DNA of 64,000 nucleotides from Dehalococcoidia bacterium (GTDB lineage Bacteria; Chloroflexota; Dehalococcoidia; Lucifugimonadales; UBA3495), in contig CBDEUH010000004.1 of assembly GCA_965243255.1 (NCBI GenBank), positions 1,598,979 to 1,662,978 on the forward strand, written 5' to 3'. The notes beneath the pieces were generated by a model. That model was not told the origin of the DNA and made no database searches. It saw only the letters and a program-made list of their open reading frames with translations. Shown in pieces: positions 26,182-36,526 of the stretch. Positions within the stretch are counted from its first letter, which is position 1. Each line of letters opens with the position of its first letter. The position numbers and the translations under genes were made by a program.

Positions 26182-28722
26182 CTAGCCTCTCTCCAGAGGC
26201 GCCAGGGAGACCAGGAGGCGCTTCAGTCCTACTTCGCCGCCAAAGTTCACCGTGGCCTGCTCGGTGTCCCCGGTTCCCTGCACTTCCTGCACTACGCCCT
26301 CTCCAAATACGGAATGGCGCACGATTTCACCCACTGTCAGCGGGACGCGCTGCGGGTTTTTCGGGCCCGCTGAGCGGCTGGAATCCCATTCGGTGAGTCG
26401 CTCGTCGATGTTGCCGCGCAGCCGACCACGGGTTGCGTCCCCGCCAGTCCCGGCGCCGTCGCCCAGGCGGGTGCGCGATTCCCGGCGGCGGGTGGCGTAT
26501 TCGCCGCCGATGACTGCGTGCTCGTTGCGGTTGGAACGTCCCGGCGTCAAGCCATGCTCGCCTGACTGAGAACCCGGGCGTCGTTCCGACGCCGGTGAAG
26601 TCAGCACGTTCTCGGGCACGTCCTCCAGGAATCGCGAGGGCAGGGAAACCCCGCCGGAGGATGGATAACGTCGCCGGAAGGCCCGCAGGAGGTACAGCCG
26701 CTCTTTGGCCCGCGTCATTCCCACGTAGCACAGGCGGCGTTCTTCTTCGGTTTCCCGCGCCGTATCCATGGAGCGGCTGTGGGGCAGCAGCCCTTCTTCC
26801 ATACCGGCCATCATCACGACGGGAAACTCCAGCCCCTTGGCCTGGTGCAGCGTAATCAACGTCAGCGCATCGTCGGATTGCTCGTAACTGTCAACGTCGG
26901 ACACCAGCGATACGCGTTCCAGGAAAGCGCCCAGGCCATCGACGGAGCCGTCGCCGGACGGCCCATAGTCTTCCGCCAGGCCGCGCAACTCCAGGATGTT
27001 CTCCCAGCGCTCTTCGCTGTCGTCCTGCGCGTGGATGTGCCGGGCCAGCCCGCTCATGTCCAGCGCCCGGTCCAGCAGGTCGGCAACCCCGAGTTCCCGC
27101 GCCGCCTCGCCCAGCCGTTCCAGCGTAATCGACAGGTCTGCGATGGAGCGCGCCGCTCGCGTAGTAACCTGGACGGGATAGGGTCGGTTTTCCGTTCGGG
27201 CTGCCGCCATCTCCCGCATCGCGGCCCGCGCAGTAATGCCCGACCTGGCGGCGAACCCGGTCAACTGCTGCACCGTCTTGGCGCCGATGCCACGGGGCGG
27301 TGTGTTGATTATGCGCTGCAGGCTCACCTCATCGTCGGGATTGTAAATCACCCGCAGGTAGCACATGGCATCCTTGATTTCCTTGCGGTGATAAAACCTT
27401 ACCCCGCCCACCAGGCGGTAGGGGATGCCTTGCCGCATACACTGGTCTTCAAAGGCCCGGCTCTGGGCGTTGATGCGGTACATAATGGCGCAGTCGCCAG
27501 ACCGGTATTCCTGCGACCGGGCCAGCCGGGTAACTTCGTCCACTGCCCAGGCCGCTTCGTCCTCTTCACTGAATGCCTCGTGCAGGGTAATGGGTTGTCC
27601 CACCTGGTTGTTGGTGAACAGGGGACGCTCGATGCGCTCCGTGTTGACGGAAATGACGGCGGCGGCCGCGTTGAGGATGTTCTGCGTTGAGCGGTAGTTT
27701 TCGCCCAGGCCGATAACCGTGGCGTTGGGAAAGTCGCTCTGGAAACTGAGAATGTTGCGGATGTCGGCATTGCGCCAGGAGTAGATGCTCTGGTCGGGGT
27801 CGCCAACAACGCAGAGGTTCTGATGGGCGCCGGTGAGCAACCTGGCCAACCGGTACTGGGCCACGTTGGTGTCCTGGAACTCGTCAATCAGGAGGTGCCG
27901 GTAGCGGTCATGGTACTGGGCCTGCACTTCCGGAATGTTTTCAAGCAGTTGCGTTGTCCGCATCAGCAGGTCGTCGAAATCCAGGGCGTTCTGCCGCGTC
28001 AGCGCCTCTTCGTAGTAGTGGTACACCCGCGCGCACACGTCAACCCAGTGAGCGCCATACTCGTCGTCCGCGTCGTAAGCCGTCGCCGCCAATTGCCGAG
28101 AGTCCAGCAGGCTGCTTTTCGCCGCCGAGATGCGGGACAGCAAGGCCCGCGGGTTGTAGCTTCGGGAGTCTATGTCGGCCAGCTGCATGGCCGACTTGAC
28201 GGCGTCAACCTGGTCGTCCTGGTCGTAAATCGTAAAGTTACGGTCAAGGCCAACCCGTTCGCCGTGCCGTCGCAGAATGCGCGCGCAAACCGCGTGGAAG
28301 GTTCCCATGGTTACGGCCTGGCTGGGACCCATCATCAGGCGGTCGAGCCGTTCCCGCATCTCCCGGGCCGCCTTGTTGGTAAAAGTTACGGCCAGGATGC
28401 GCCACGGCGCGACGTCGCACACGGTCACCAGATAGGCGATGCGGTGGGTAATCACGCGGGTTTTGCCCGAGCCTGGGCCGGCAACAATCAGCAGCGGCCC
28501 CTGGGTGCAGAGCACGGCCTGCTGCTGTGGCTCGTTCAGCCCCTGCAGAATGGCCGGCGAACGTTCAGGGGACGCAGTACCAGAGATTGCAGCAATCTCA
28601 ATTTCCGTCAACTCGGCATTGTTCCAGTAGGGCGAGGACGCCGGTTCTGCCCAGTAGGGAGCCGATGCCGGGGGACCGGAATTGCCGGGCGGATGTTCGG
28701 AAAGCTGGGGCTGCAAGGACAT
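26182..28722 (-). CDS. pcrA: ATP-dependent DNA helicase PcrA/UvrD
   Basis: AGPGSGKTRV (Walker A), TFTNKAAREMRERL, LLIDEFQDTN, and a C-terminal Tudor-like segment HSVFGEGVV. Confidence 0.9.
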   Translation of the reverse strand: MSLQPQLSEHPPGNSGPPASAPYWAEPASSPYWNNAELTEIEIAAISGTASPERSPAILQGLNEPQQQAVLCTQGPLLIVAGPGSGKTRVITHRIAYLVTVCDVAPWRILAVTFTNKAAREMRERLDRLMMGPSQAVTMGTFHAVCARILRRHGERVGLDRNFTIYDQDDQVDAVKSAMQLADIDSRSYNPRALLSRISAAKSSLLDSRQLAATAYDADDEYGAHWVDVCARVYHYYEEALTRQNALDFDDLLMRTTQLLENIPEVQAQYHDRYRHLLIDEFQDTNVAQYRLARLLTGAHQNLCVVGDPDQSIYSWRNADIRNILSFQSDFPNATVIGLGENYRSTQNILNAAAAVISVNTERIERPLFTNNQVGQPITLHEAFSEEDEAAWAVDEVTRLARSQEYRSGDCAIMYRINAQSRAFEDQCMRQGIPYRLVGGVRFYHRKEIKDAMCYLRVIYNPDDEVSLQRIINTPPRGIGAKTVQQLTGFAARSGITARAAMREMAAARTENRPYPVQVTTRAARSIADLSITLERLGEAARELGVADLLDRALDMSGLARHIHAQDDSEERWENILELRGLAEDYGPSGDGSVDGLGAFLERVSLVSDVDSYEQSDDALTLITLHQAKGLEFPVVMMAGMEEGLLPHSRSMDTARETEEERRLCYVGMTRAKERLYLLRAFRRRYPSSGGVSLPSRFLEDVPENVLTSPASERRPGSQSGEHGLTPGRSNRNEHAVIGGEYATRRRESRTRLGDGAGTGGDATRGRLRGNIDERLTEWDSSRSAGPKNPQRVPLTVGEIVRHSVFGEGVVQEVQGTGDTEQATVNFGGEVGLKRLLVSLAPLERG

Positions 28723-28797
28723 AACGCGGCGATTATAGCACGCACGACCCTGCCGCCCCCCGGCCGCAATCTGCTACAATAGCAGGCGAACCCATGC

Positions 28798-28888
28798 GGA
28801 GAGGTGGCCGAGTGGTTGAAGGCGCCGGTCTCGAAAACCGGTATGCGTCTCTGGCGCATCGCGGGTTCGAATCCCGCTCTCTCCGCCA
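28798..28888 (+). tRNA. tRNA-Ser (anticodon CGA), CCA encoded
   Basis: Manual fold: acceptor GGAGAGG/TCTCTCC, anticodon arm CCGGT-CTCGAAA-ACCGG, long variable arm ATGCG/CGCAT, T arm GCGGG-TTCGAAT-CCCGC. Confidence 0.9.
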
Positions 28889-28920
28889 TTTTGCCAAGTA
28901 ACCGGTCTGTGCTGTGCGAT

Positions 28921-28960
28921 GGCCATTTCGCGCTTGATTGCGGAACGAAATGGCCGTTTT
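28921..28960 (+). terminator. Rho-independent-type terminator GGCCATTTCG-N15-CGAAATGGCC plus GTTTT
   Basis: Seen in sequence 33 nt after tRNA-Ser. Confidence 0.6.
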
Positions 28961-28994
28961 GCCGTCCTTTAATCTTTGGCCAGGAGCCGCGCTA

Positions 28995-29819
28995 ATGCCC
29001 GAGGCTAACGCCCCGACACCCGAATACACCATGGGCTACAGCCCGGAATTTCTGCAACTGCTGGACCGCCGCAACGCTCAGGCCAACGCCGCGCACCTGC
29101 TGCCGCATTTGGAAAGCGGGTTCAGCCTGCTTGACTTCGGCTGCGGGCCCGGCACCATCACGGTGGGCTTGGCTGATGCGGTGCGACCCGGGGAAGTCCA
29201 CGGCATAGACATGGAGGAATCGCAGGTTGAGCTGGCTCGCGCCGCCGCCGCCGGCGGACACGACAACATCACTTTCCACGTGGGGAACGTGTACGAACTG
29301 CCCTTTGAGGACGGCTACTTTGACGCGGCGCACTGCCACGCCGTCCTGATGCACGTTCCCGACACCCAGCGGGCGTTGCGGGAAGTACAGCGGGTGCTGA
29401 AGCCCGGCGGCATCATCGCCAGCCGGGAGATGATTGCCTCCAGTTCCTTCAGCGAGCCAATGGGCGAAACTACCCCGGAAGCGTGGAGCACGTTCATCAA
29501 GCTGCTGGCCGCCAACGGAGGCCATCCCGAAATGGGGAAGGAATTGAAAGCTCACCTGCTGCGGGCCGGGTTCGCCGACATCCGCGCCGACGCGTCCTTT
29601 GACTTTTTCGGCTCCGCCGCCGACGTGGCATTCTTGCACGCTTTCATCTGCGACTGGTTCTTTATGCCCAGAGTGGTTGAGGCGGCCACGCAGTACGGGC
29701 TGGCGACACACGAGCAGTTTGAGCGGTGGCGCGTCGAGATGGACCAGTGGAAGGACGAACCGGGCGCGGTGGGCGGCCTCGCGTTCGGAGAGGTCATTGG
29801 CGTCAAACCCCATCGATAG
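28995..29819 (+). CDS. Class I SAM-dependent methyltransferase
   Basis: LLDFGCGPGTIT (motif I) and LKPGGII (post-motif II). The start is set at ATG 28995, which has an AGGAG RBS. Confidence 0.8.
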   Translation: MPEANAPTPEYTMGYSPEFLQLLDRRNAQANAAHLLPHLESGFSLLDFGCGPGTITVGLADAVRPGEVHGIDMEESQVELARAAAAGGHDNITFHVGNVYELPFEDGYFDAAHCHAVLMHVPDTQRALREVQRVLKPGGIIASREMIASSSFSEPMGETTPEAWSTFIKLLAANGGHPEMGKELKAHLLRAGFADIRADASFDFFGSAADVAFLHAFICDWFFMPRVVEAATQYGLATHEQFERWRVEMDQWKDEPGAVGGLAFGEVIGVKPHR

Positions 29820-29825
29820 CGCCCA

Positions 29826-31811
29826 ATGCTCTCCGCATCCAACATCAGCAAAGCCTACGCCGACCGTGTCCTGTTCGGCGATTTGAACTTCTCCATTACG
29901 GCTGGCGACCGCATCGCGTTGATTGGCGCGAACGGGTCGGGCAAAACCACGCTGCTGGACATCCTGGCCGGGGAAACCCTGGCGGATACCGGAACCGTAT
30001 CGGGACAACGCAATGTCTCGGTGGGCTATCTCAAGCAGGAACCCGCGGCCTTCGCCGGACGTTCGCTGCTGGACGAAGTGCTGCAAGCAAATGCGGAGGT
30101 CATCGCCCTCTCAAGACGCATAGCCGACGAGCGCAGTGTTCTGGCCTCGGAAACGGACCCGGCGAGACAGCGTGAACTGATGGCAACGCTCGCCGAACTT
30201 GACCGGGAGTTGGAGGGCGCCGGCGGAGTCGGCCGGGAGTATGAGGCCAAAGCGATTCTGTCCGGGCTGGGATTCAAGGCAACAGATTCCTCCCGCGATA
30301 TGAGCGAGTTCAGCGGCGGCTGGATTATGCGGGCCGAGTTGGCCCGGCTGCTGTTTCGCAATCCGGACGTGCTGCTGCTGGACGAACCGACCAACCATCT
30401 GGACCTGGAAGCCAATCTCTGGTTCGAGAAGTATCTTGCCGCCTTTGCCGGTGGTGTGATCATCACCTCTCACGACCGTGCCTTTTTGAATCAGGTGGCC
30501 ACCCGGGTGCTGGCCATTGAACCGGATGGGGTTGTGCATCACCGGGGCAACTATGACGACTACCTGGTGGCCAGGGAGCGCGCCCTGGAAATCAAGGAGG
30601 CTGCCGCGGCGCGACAGGAACGGGAGATGCGGCGGCAGATGCGTTTCGTCGAGCGGTTTCGCTATAAGGCGACCAAGGCGAGGCAGGTGCAAAGCCGGCT
30701 GAAGCAGCTGGAAAAGATTGAGATTATCGAGCTGCCAAGAGCCACCAGGAAAGTCCGCTATTCGTTCCCAGAACCAGCCCGCAGCGGCGCCGAAGTCATC
30801 GCCCTCTCCGACGTCAGCAAGGCATACGGCGACAATACAGTTTATGGCGGCTTGAATCTGGCGCTGGAACGAGGAGACCGCGTTGCCCTGGTTGGGCCCA
30901 ACGGAGCGGGCAAGTCAACGCTGTTGAAACTGCTGGCCGGCGTGCTGCCGATTGACTCCGGCGAGCGGAAGACCGGCCACAACGTACAGACGGCCTACTA
31001 CGCTCAGCACGTGCTGGACCTGCTCAATCCGGCCAACACGCCCATTGAGGAACTGCAGGAGGCCGCGCCGGCGGAATCGGAGCAGAACCTGCGCAACACG
31101 CTGGGCGGTTTCCTGTTCAGCGGCGACGACATTTTGAAACCGATTTCGGTGCTGTCGGGCGGCGAAAAGGCAAGGGTGGCGCTGGCAAAAATGCTGATGC
31201 AGCCGAGCAATTTCCTGCTCATGGACGAGCCCACCAACCACCTGGACATCGCATCCCGGGAAATTCTGGCCGATGCCCTGGGAGACTACCGAGGCACAAT
31301 TTGCCTGATTACCCACGACCGCACCTTGATTCGGCAGGTAGCCAACAAAATCATTGAAATCGACGGCGGACGGCCGCGGGTACTTCCCGGCGATTATGAC
31401 AACTATCTGTACCGTAAGCAGCAGGAAGCCAGCGTGAAAACTGTGACGGCTTCCGCCAACGGCAGCGAGCCCGACGACTCCACCAAAGTAAAGGCGGCCC
31501 GGCGTTCACGTCGCCGGCCGCTCACGGTAGAAGAGGAACAGAAGCGTGCTCTAAACAGCCGGGCCCGCAAGCTTGCTGTACGCATCGACGAGATTGGCGC
31601 TGCCATCGCCGAGCGGGAATCGCTCACTTCGGAATTGGAAACGATGTTCACCGACCCGGAGCAGTTCGACGACCGGGCGCAACTGGAAGCGTCCGGTAAG
31701 CAGTACCGCATGATTAAGGAAGAAGAGCAGACGCTATGGGACGAATGGGAGCGGCTATCGCTGGAAGCCGAGGATATTGACCGACAACTGGCCGAGATTA
31801 AGGCCAGCTGA
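29826..31811 (+). CDS. ABC-F family ATPase (two fused ATP-binding cassettes, no TM domain)
   Basis: Two Walker A motifs ([18 protein letters not shown]), two LSGG signatures ([13 protein letters not shown]) and a C-terminal coiled-coil. Confidence 0.9.
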   Translation: MLSASNISKAYADRVLFGDLNFSITAGDRIALIGANGSGKTTLLDILAGETLADTGTVSGQRNVSVGYLKQEPAAFAGRSLLDEVLQANAEVIALSRRIADERSVLASETDPARQRELMATLAELDRELEGAGGVGREYEAKAILSGLGFKATDSSRDMSEFSGGWIMRAELARLLFRNPDVLLLDEPTNHLDLEANLWFEKYLAAFAGGVIITSHDRAFLNQVATRVLAIEPDGVVHHRGNYDDYLVARERALEIKEAAAARQEREMRRQMRFVERFRYKATKARQVQSRLKQLEKIEIIELPRATRKVRYSFPEPARSGAEVIALSDVSKAYGDNTVYGGLNLALERGDRVALVGPNGAGKSTLLKLLAGVLPIDSGERKTGHNVQTAYYAQHVLDLLNPANTPIEELQEAAPAESEQNLRNTLGGFLFSGDDILKPISVLSGGEKARVALAKMLMQPSNFLLMDEPTNHLDIASREILADALGDYRGTICLITHDRTLIRQVANKIIEIDGGRPRVLPGDYDNYLYRKQQEASVKTVTASANGSEPDDSTKVKAARRSRRRPLTVEEEQKRALNSRARKLAVRIDEIGAAIAERESLTSELETMFTDPEQFDDRAQLEASGKQYRMIKEEEQTLWDEWERLSLEAEDIDRQLAEIKAS

Positions 31812-31821
31812 GACGCCGGCT

Positions 31822-33006
31822 TCAGGTTATGACTTCTCTCTCCACCAGGTCAGCCATCTGGCCCTCGGACAGGCCCAGCAGGTCGCCGTAGATTTCCCGG
31901 TTGTGCTCGCCATAGTGCGGTATAGGCCCGGCCGTGGTAGGGGTCTTGGAGAACTTGATGATGGTAGGACCGGGCACCAGGACTTTCTGCCCCGGCGGTT
32001 CGTGGGCGTCGGCTTCCATCATCACCTCACGCTCCCACATATGGCTATCGGCCAGCACTTCGGGGATGGACTTGACCACGCCCACCGGGATGTCGGCCGC
32101 GACCAGGGCTTCTTCCACCTCCTTGACGGTGCGCTCCTCGCACCACATCCGCAGCAGCTCCATACGGATCTGGGCCATGCCGGTGGCAAACATGGGCGCG
32201 GCAAATTCGGGATCCTTGGCCAGCTCGTCGTAGTCCATGACCTTGAGCATCCGCTCCCACATTCCGGCGCGGGCCGCCCCGGTGGTTACCCAGCCGTCGG
32301 TGCACTTGAGGAAGGTGCCCACCCGCACGAAGTCGTTGGTATCGGTTTCGTAGCACATAGCCAGGGCGACTTCTTCCAGGGTTATGCCGCCGTCGAGCAT
32401 GGCCACTTCCAGCCACTGGCCTTCACCGGTGCGGTCGCGATGGCGGAGGGCGCCCAGGATTCCGATAACGGCGTGCAGCGCGGCGGTGCGGTCCATCACC
32501 GGGCCGTTGCCCATTATTGGTTCTCCGAAGCCCCGGCCCGTCTGGTCGCCGAAGCCGCTCATGGCCTGGATGATGGGATCAAAGCACTGGCGATCGCGAT
32601 AGGGGCCGTACTGTCCGAACCCTGAAACCGAAGCCAGGATGATGCCGGGGTTGACCTTGCGCATCGCCTCGTAGCCGAATCCCATCTGCTCCATGGTTCC
32701 GGGACGGAAGTTTTCCAGTACCACGTCGGAAACTTCCAGTAGTCGGAAGAACAGTTCCTTGCCTTCAGCGTGGCGGGTGTTCAGAGTAACGCTCTTTTTG
32801 CCCCGGTTGTAGGCGGCGAACTGAACGCTCATTTTGCCGACGAAGGGGCCGGAATCCCGCAGGTCAGCGCCCTTGCGCCATTCCAGCTTGATGACCTCTG
32901 CGCCCATGTCCCGCAGGATCAGGCCTCCGCGCGGGGCCGCCTGCCAGCGGGCCAGTTCCAGAATCCGCACGCCGTCCAGTGTCGCCGCTGCGCCGTTGGC
33001 TGCCAT
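31822..33006 (-). CDS. CaiB/BaiF family (type III) CoA-transferase
   Basis: LDGVRILELARWQAAPRGGLILRDMGAEVIKLE N-terminus is typical. The start is set at ATG 33006, which has a GGAGG RBS. Confidence 0.85.
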   Translation of the reverse strand: MAANGAAATLDGVRILELARWQAAPRGGLILRDMGAEVIKLEWRKGADLRDSGPFVGKMSVQFAAYNRGKKSVTLNTRHAEGKELFFRLLEVSDVVLENFRPGTMEQMGFGYEAMRKVNPGIILASVSGFGQYGPYRDRQCFDPIIQAMSGFGDQTGRGFGEPIMGNGPVMDRTAALHAVIGILGALRHRDRTGEGQWLEVAMLDGGITLEEVALAMCYETDTNDFVRVGTFLKCTDGWVTTGAARAGMWERMLKVMDYDELAKDPEFAAPMFATGMAQIRMELLRMWCEERTVKEVEEALVAADIPVGVVKSIPEVLADSHMWEREVMMEADAHEPPGQKVLVPGPTIIKFSKTPTTAGPIPHYGEHNREIYGDLLGLSEGQMADLVEREVIT

Positions 33007-33141
33007 AAAGTTCCTCCCGTGTATCGACGTTGCCCGCGCTATTGTACTCGTACTGAACGCCGCGGCAAAGTTGGCGTTGCTCAGCGGGTTAGTGCGATGT
33101 ACACTCACGTTGACGCTGGCCACCTACGGGAGGTGCTACAA

Positions 33142-33342
33142 ATGCCGGTATCCAATGAAACTCTGAAGCGAATTATCGCGGAGTACGGCGGGTTCGAGCT
33201 GTCGGACGCGGAGTTGGAACTGGTCAGGCCCGAGTTGGACAACTACCTGACCGAGTTGCAAAACCTGCGAGACCTGGACCTGTCGGACGTGATGTCATCG
33301 CGCCTGCTGCGGGCTGCGGAAGGAGACGAAGCCGATGCCTGA
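33142..33342 (+). CDS. Small GatC/AtzG-like putative amidase accessory subunit
   Basis: 66-aa acidic helical ORF with a GGGAGG RBS. It overlaps the amidase start by 8 nt, consistent with translational coupling. Confidence 0.5.
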   Translation: MPVSNETLKRIIAEYGGFELSDAELELVRPELDNYLTELQNLRDLDLSDVMSSRLLRAAEGDEADA

Positions 33343-34759
33343 TTCCGAACTACTCAAGCTGACCATCTCCGAAATCGCGCCTCTGATCCAGTCGCGGGAG
33401 GTGTCTCCGGTGGATTTGACCGAGGCGGCGCTTTCGGAAGCCGAGCGGCGCCAGCCAACGCTGAACTCCTTCATCACCATAATGCGGGACGAAGCGCTAG
33501 CACAGGCCGAGGCCGCGGAGGAATCGCTGTCTCGGGGCGAGTATCTAGGCCCACTGCACGGCGTTCCCATCGGCATCAAGGACAACATCGCCACCGCCGG
33601 CATCACCACCACCGTGGGGACGAAGGTGTTGAGGGACAATGTTCCCGATGAAGACGCCGAGGTGGTGCGTCGCTGCCAGGCGGCCGGCGCAATCATCATC
33701 GGCAAAGAGAACCTGGAAGAATTTGCCGCCGGCGCAACGTCGAACAACCCGCACTACGGAGCAGTGCACAATCCCTGGGGTCTTGACCACGTACCCGGCG
33801 GTTCCAGTGGAGGCGGCGGCGCCAACGTGGCCGCCGGCGTGACCTTTGCGTCGCTGGGCACGGACCTGGGCGGCTCGGTACGATTGCCGGGCGCGTTCTG
33901 CGGTGTGGTTGGGCTGAAGCAGACCTTTGGTCGGGTAAGCCAACGGGGGCTGCTGGTTACCAGCTTCAACGGCGATCACATCGGGCCGATGACCCGCTCG
34001 GTGCGGGACAGCGCGCTGGTGCTGCAGGTAATCGCCGGCTACGACCCGCTGGATCCCAGCACCGTGCCCGTCCCGATGGACGACTATGCCCTGGTCATGG
34101 AGCGCGGGGTTCGGGGCTTGACCATGGGAATCCCCAGCAATCACTACTTTGACCTGCTGGACCCTGAGGTAGAAGCAGCGGTGCGCCGGGCCATCGCCGC
34201 GCTGGAGGAATTGGGCGTCGCCAGCCGCGAGGTCAGCCTGCCCAGCATGGAGTACGTTGGGGCGCTGCGCTTTTCGGCCATGGCCGACAGCGTAGTTACC
34301 CACGAGCCTTACATCGCGTCCAAGCGTGAGGACTACAGCCCGGACACGCTGTACCGCACGCTGGCCGGGCAATTCGTGCTGGGGCGGGATTACTCCAAAG
34401 CGATGAAGGTACAGCGCATTATCAAGGAAGAGCACGCTCGCGTGTTGCAGGATGTGGACTTCCTGGTTACGCCGACCACCCCGATGCCGGCACCGCGCAT
34501 TGACGCGGAGACTGTCGTGGTGGACGGGCAGCCGCAGAAGGTGCGCGGGCCCGGTTCGGGCCACGTCTCCCGCAACACCAGCCCGATGAACGCCACCGGA
34601 TTCCCGGCAATCACAGTGCCCTGCGGGTTCAGCGAAGCTGGGCTGCCCATCGGGTTGCAGTTTATCGGCCGGCCGTGGGAAGAGGGGAATATGTTCCGCA
34701 TTGCCCACGCATACGAGGGAGTTTCGCCCAGCCGGGGCGTTTGGCCGGATCTAGGGTGA
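33335..34759 (+). CDS. Amidase signature family enzyme (GatA/AtzE-like)
   Basis: GIKDNI...TT.G and the GGSSGG signature sequence, with the Ser-cisSer-Lys triad context. Confidence 0.9.
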   Translation: MPDSELLKLTISEIAPLIQSREVSPVDLTEAALSEAERRQPTLNSFITIMRDEALAQAEAAEESLSRGEYLGPLHGVPIGIKDNIATAGITTTVGTKVLRDNVPDEDAEVVRRCQAAGAIIIGKENLEEFAAGATSNNPHYGAVHNPWGLDHVPGGSSGGGGANVAAGVTFASLGTDLGGSVRLPGAFCGVVGLKQTFGRVSQRGLLVTSFNGDHIGPMTRSVRDSALVLQVIAGYDPLDPSTVPVPMDDYALVMERGVRGLTMGIPSNHYFDLLDPEVEAAVRRAIAALEELGVASREVSLPSMEYVGALRFSAMADSVVTHEPYIASKREDYSPDTLYRTLAGQFVLGRDYSKAMKVQRIIKEEHARVLQDVDFLVTPTTPMPAPRIDAETVVVDGQPQKVRGPGSGHVSRNTSPMNATGFPAITVPCGFSEAGLPIGLQFIGRPWEEGNMFRIAHAYEGVSPSRGVWPDLG

Positions 34760-34816
34760 TACCGCACCATTTCCGCCCATGCTTTGACAGGTTCAGGATG
34801 AGCGGGATGAATAAAG

Positions 34817-34839
34817 GGGGCGACTGGTCAGTCGCCCCT
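34817..34839. terminator. GC-rich hairpin between the convergent amidase and GMC oxidoreductase genes
   Basis: GGGGCGACTG-GT-CAGTCGCCCC, seen in sequence. It could act as a bidirectional terminator. Confidence 0.5.
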
Positions 34840-34864
34840 ACGTGGTTGGTGATTGCGGCGCGGG

Positions 34865-36439
34865 TCAGCCGGCCGCCACCCAATCGGCGACGCGTTCGGC
34901 AACCATGATGACGGTGGGGTGGATGCCGCCGGAGCGGGGGATGCGGGGCATAACCGAGGCGTCAACAACCCACAGGTTCTGCACGCCGCGGACGCGGCAG
35001 TACTGGTCAACTACGGCCATGTCGTCGCCGTCGGGGCCCATGCGGCAGGTGCCGGAGACGTGGCGGGCTGTGCCAACGTTCTGACGGCCCCAGAGGTCCA
35101 GGGCGTCGTCATCGTTCAGGATTTGGTCGGTGGGATTGATGCGGAAGTCGTAGACATCCTTGAAGGCATCCGATTCCAACAGCCGGGCCCCTTTGCGCAG
35201 GCCATCGCGGACGCGCCGGGCGTCGTTGGGATGCCGCAGGTACTGATAGTTGAACTCCGGCTGCACGTCGGGATCGGAGGACGCCAGCCGCACGAAGCCG
35301 GAACCATCGGGCAGGCCGAGGGTGCAGGAGATGCGCGCGGATCGTTCGGCCGGCACGTCGCCGGTGTTGTAGCGGGTGCGCACGCCGGCTACCTTCTCTT
35401 CCCGCTCGTCAACGACGGTGTTGGAGCGCAACACCATGTCGTTGGTGTAGCTGGAACCGTCGGCGGTGTAATGGAGGCTGAAGTGGGGCGCGTCGTGGTC
35501 GCCGGTTAGGGTCTTATCGTCTTTCACCTTGTAAGTGATGTGAACGCTGAGGTGGTTCCACAGACCATGACCCACGCCGGGGCTATCGTGGACTACCGGT
35601 ATCGCAAACTGCTGCAGGTGGTCTTTGGGGCCGACGCCGGAAAGCATCAGCAGCTGGGGCGAGCGGATGGCGCCGGAACTGAGGACGACCCGGTCGGCGG
35701 ACACGGTGAAAACCTCGCCGCCGCTTTCGGCCTCCACGCCGACGGCCTTCCTGTCCTCGAACAGCACGCGGCGGACGTACACGTTGCCGCGGACCGTCAG
35801 GTTGAGGCGGTGGCGCATGGGATTGAGGTGGGTCATGGCGGCGCTCATACGGACGCCGCCGAGGTTGTTGGTGGGCGAAACGCCGACGCCGGTGGGGTTG
35901 GGGCCGTTGGTGTCGGACACCGTGCCGTAGCCTTCGCCCAGGCAGGCGTCATAGAAGGCTTTTTGGATGTCGGCCCAGGTACCCGACTGGCGGCGGCGCA
36001 CCGGCATGGGGCCGTTGGCGCCGTGGTAGTCGTCCTGGATGTCCATGTCATGCTCCATCTTGCGATAGAAGGGGAGCACTTTGTCGTAAGACCACTGATC
36101 GTTGCCCATGGCGGCCCAAGTATCGAAGTCCTCGGGAAAACCGCGCTGCATGGCCTGTCCGTTGATGGAGGAACCGCCGCCGATGACCTTGCCCTGGGCG
36201 ACGTGAATCTCGCCCTGCTCTTCGGTGGGAGTGCCGCGGAGGGCCCAATTGTGGATGGAATCCTGGGCCTCGGCGTAGCGAGTGCCGCCGAACTTGACGT
36301 CGTCGGGCAGGGTTTCTGGATCGGGATAGTCGTTGCCCGCCTCCAGCAGGATCACGGAGGTATTGGCGTCCTCGGCAAGTCGCGCGGCCAGGGTAGAGCC
36401 GGCAGCGCCGCCGCCGACAACGATAACGTCGTACTTCAT
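34865..36439 (-). CDS. GMC family oxidoreductase (choline dehydrogenase-like), copy 1
   Basis: YDVIVVGGGAAGSTLAARLAE FAD motif, GKVIGGGSSINGQ GMC signature, and a C-terminal HVSGTCRMG active-site region. 524 aa. Confidence 0.9.
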   Translation of the reverse strand: MKYDVIVVGGGAAGSTLAARLAEDANTSVILLEAGNDYPDPETLPDDVKFGGTRYAEAQDSIHNWALRGTPTEEQGEIHVAQGKVIGGGSSINGQAMQRGFPEDFDTWAAMGNDQWSYDKVLPFYRKMEHDMDIQDDYHGANGPMPVRRRQSGTWADIQKAFYDACLGEGYGTVSDTNGPNPTGVGVSPTNNLGGVRMSAAMTHLNPMRHRLNLTVRGNVYVRRVLFEDRKAVGVEAESGGEVFTVSADRVVLSSGAIRSPQLLMLSGVGPKDHLQQFAIPVVHDSPGVGHGLWNHLSVHITYKVKDDKTLTGDHDAPHFSLHYTADGSSYTNDMVLRSNTVVDEREEKVAGVRTRYNTGDVPAERSARISCTLGLPDGSGFVRLASSDPDVQPEFNYQYLRHPNDARRVRDGLRKGARLLESDAFKDVYDFRINPTDQILNDDDALDLWGRQNVGTARHVSGTCRMGPDGDDMAVVDQYCRVRGVQNLWVVDASVMPRIPRSGGIHPTVIMVAERVADWVAAG

Positions 36440-36526
36440 GGTGCCTCCTTAGGCATCGAACATCGCGGGAAAGACGGAGAAAGGATAACGCAGAGTTTAT
36501 ACCATACGGGAGTCGCTGGCGACGGC

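Noticed and set aside
26182-28722. N-terminal extension (about 60 aa) and Arg/Gly-rich insert near the C-terminus of PcrA as a sign of a fused or novel domain
   Set aside because: Both segments are low-complexity and typical of GC-rich orthologs. All helicase motifs and the C-terminal Tudor-like domain are ordinary.
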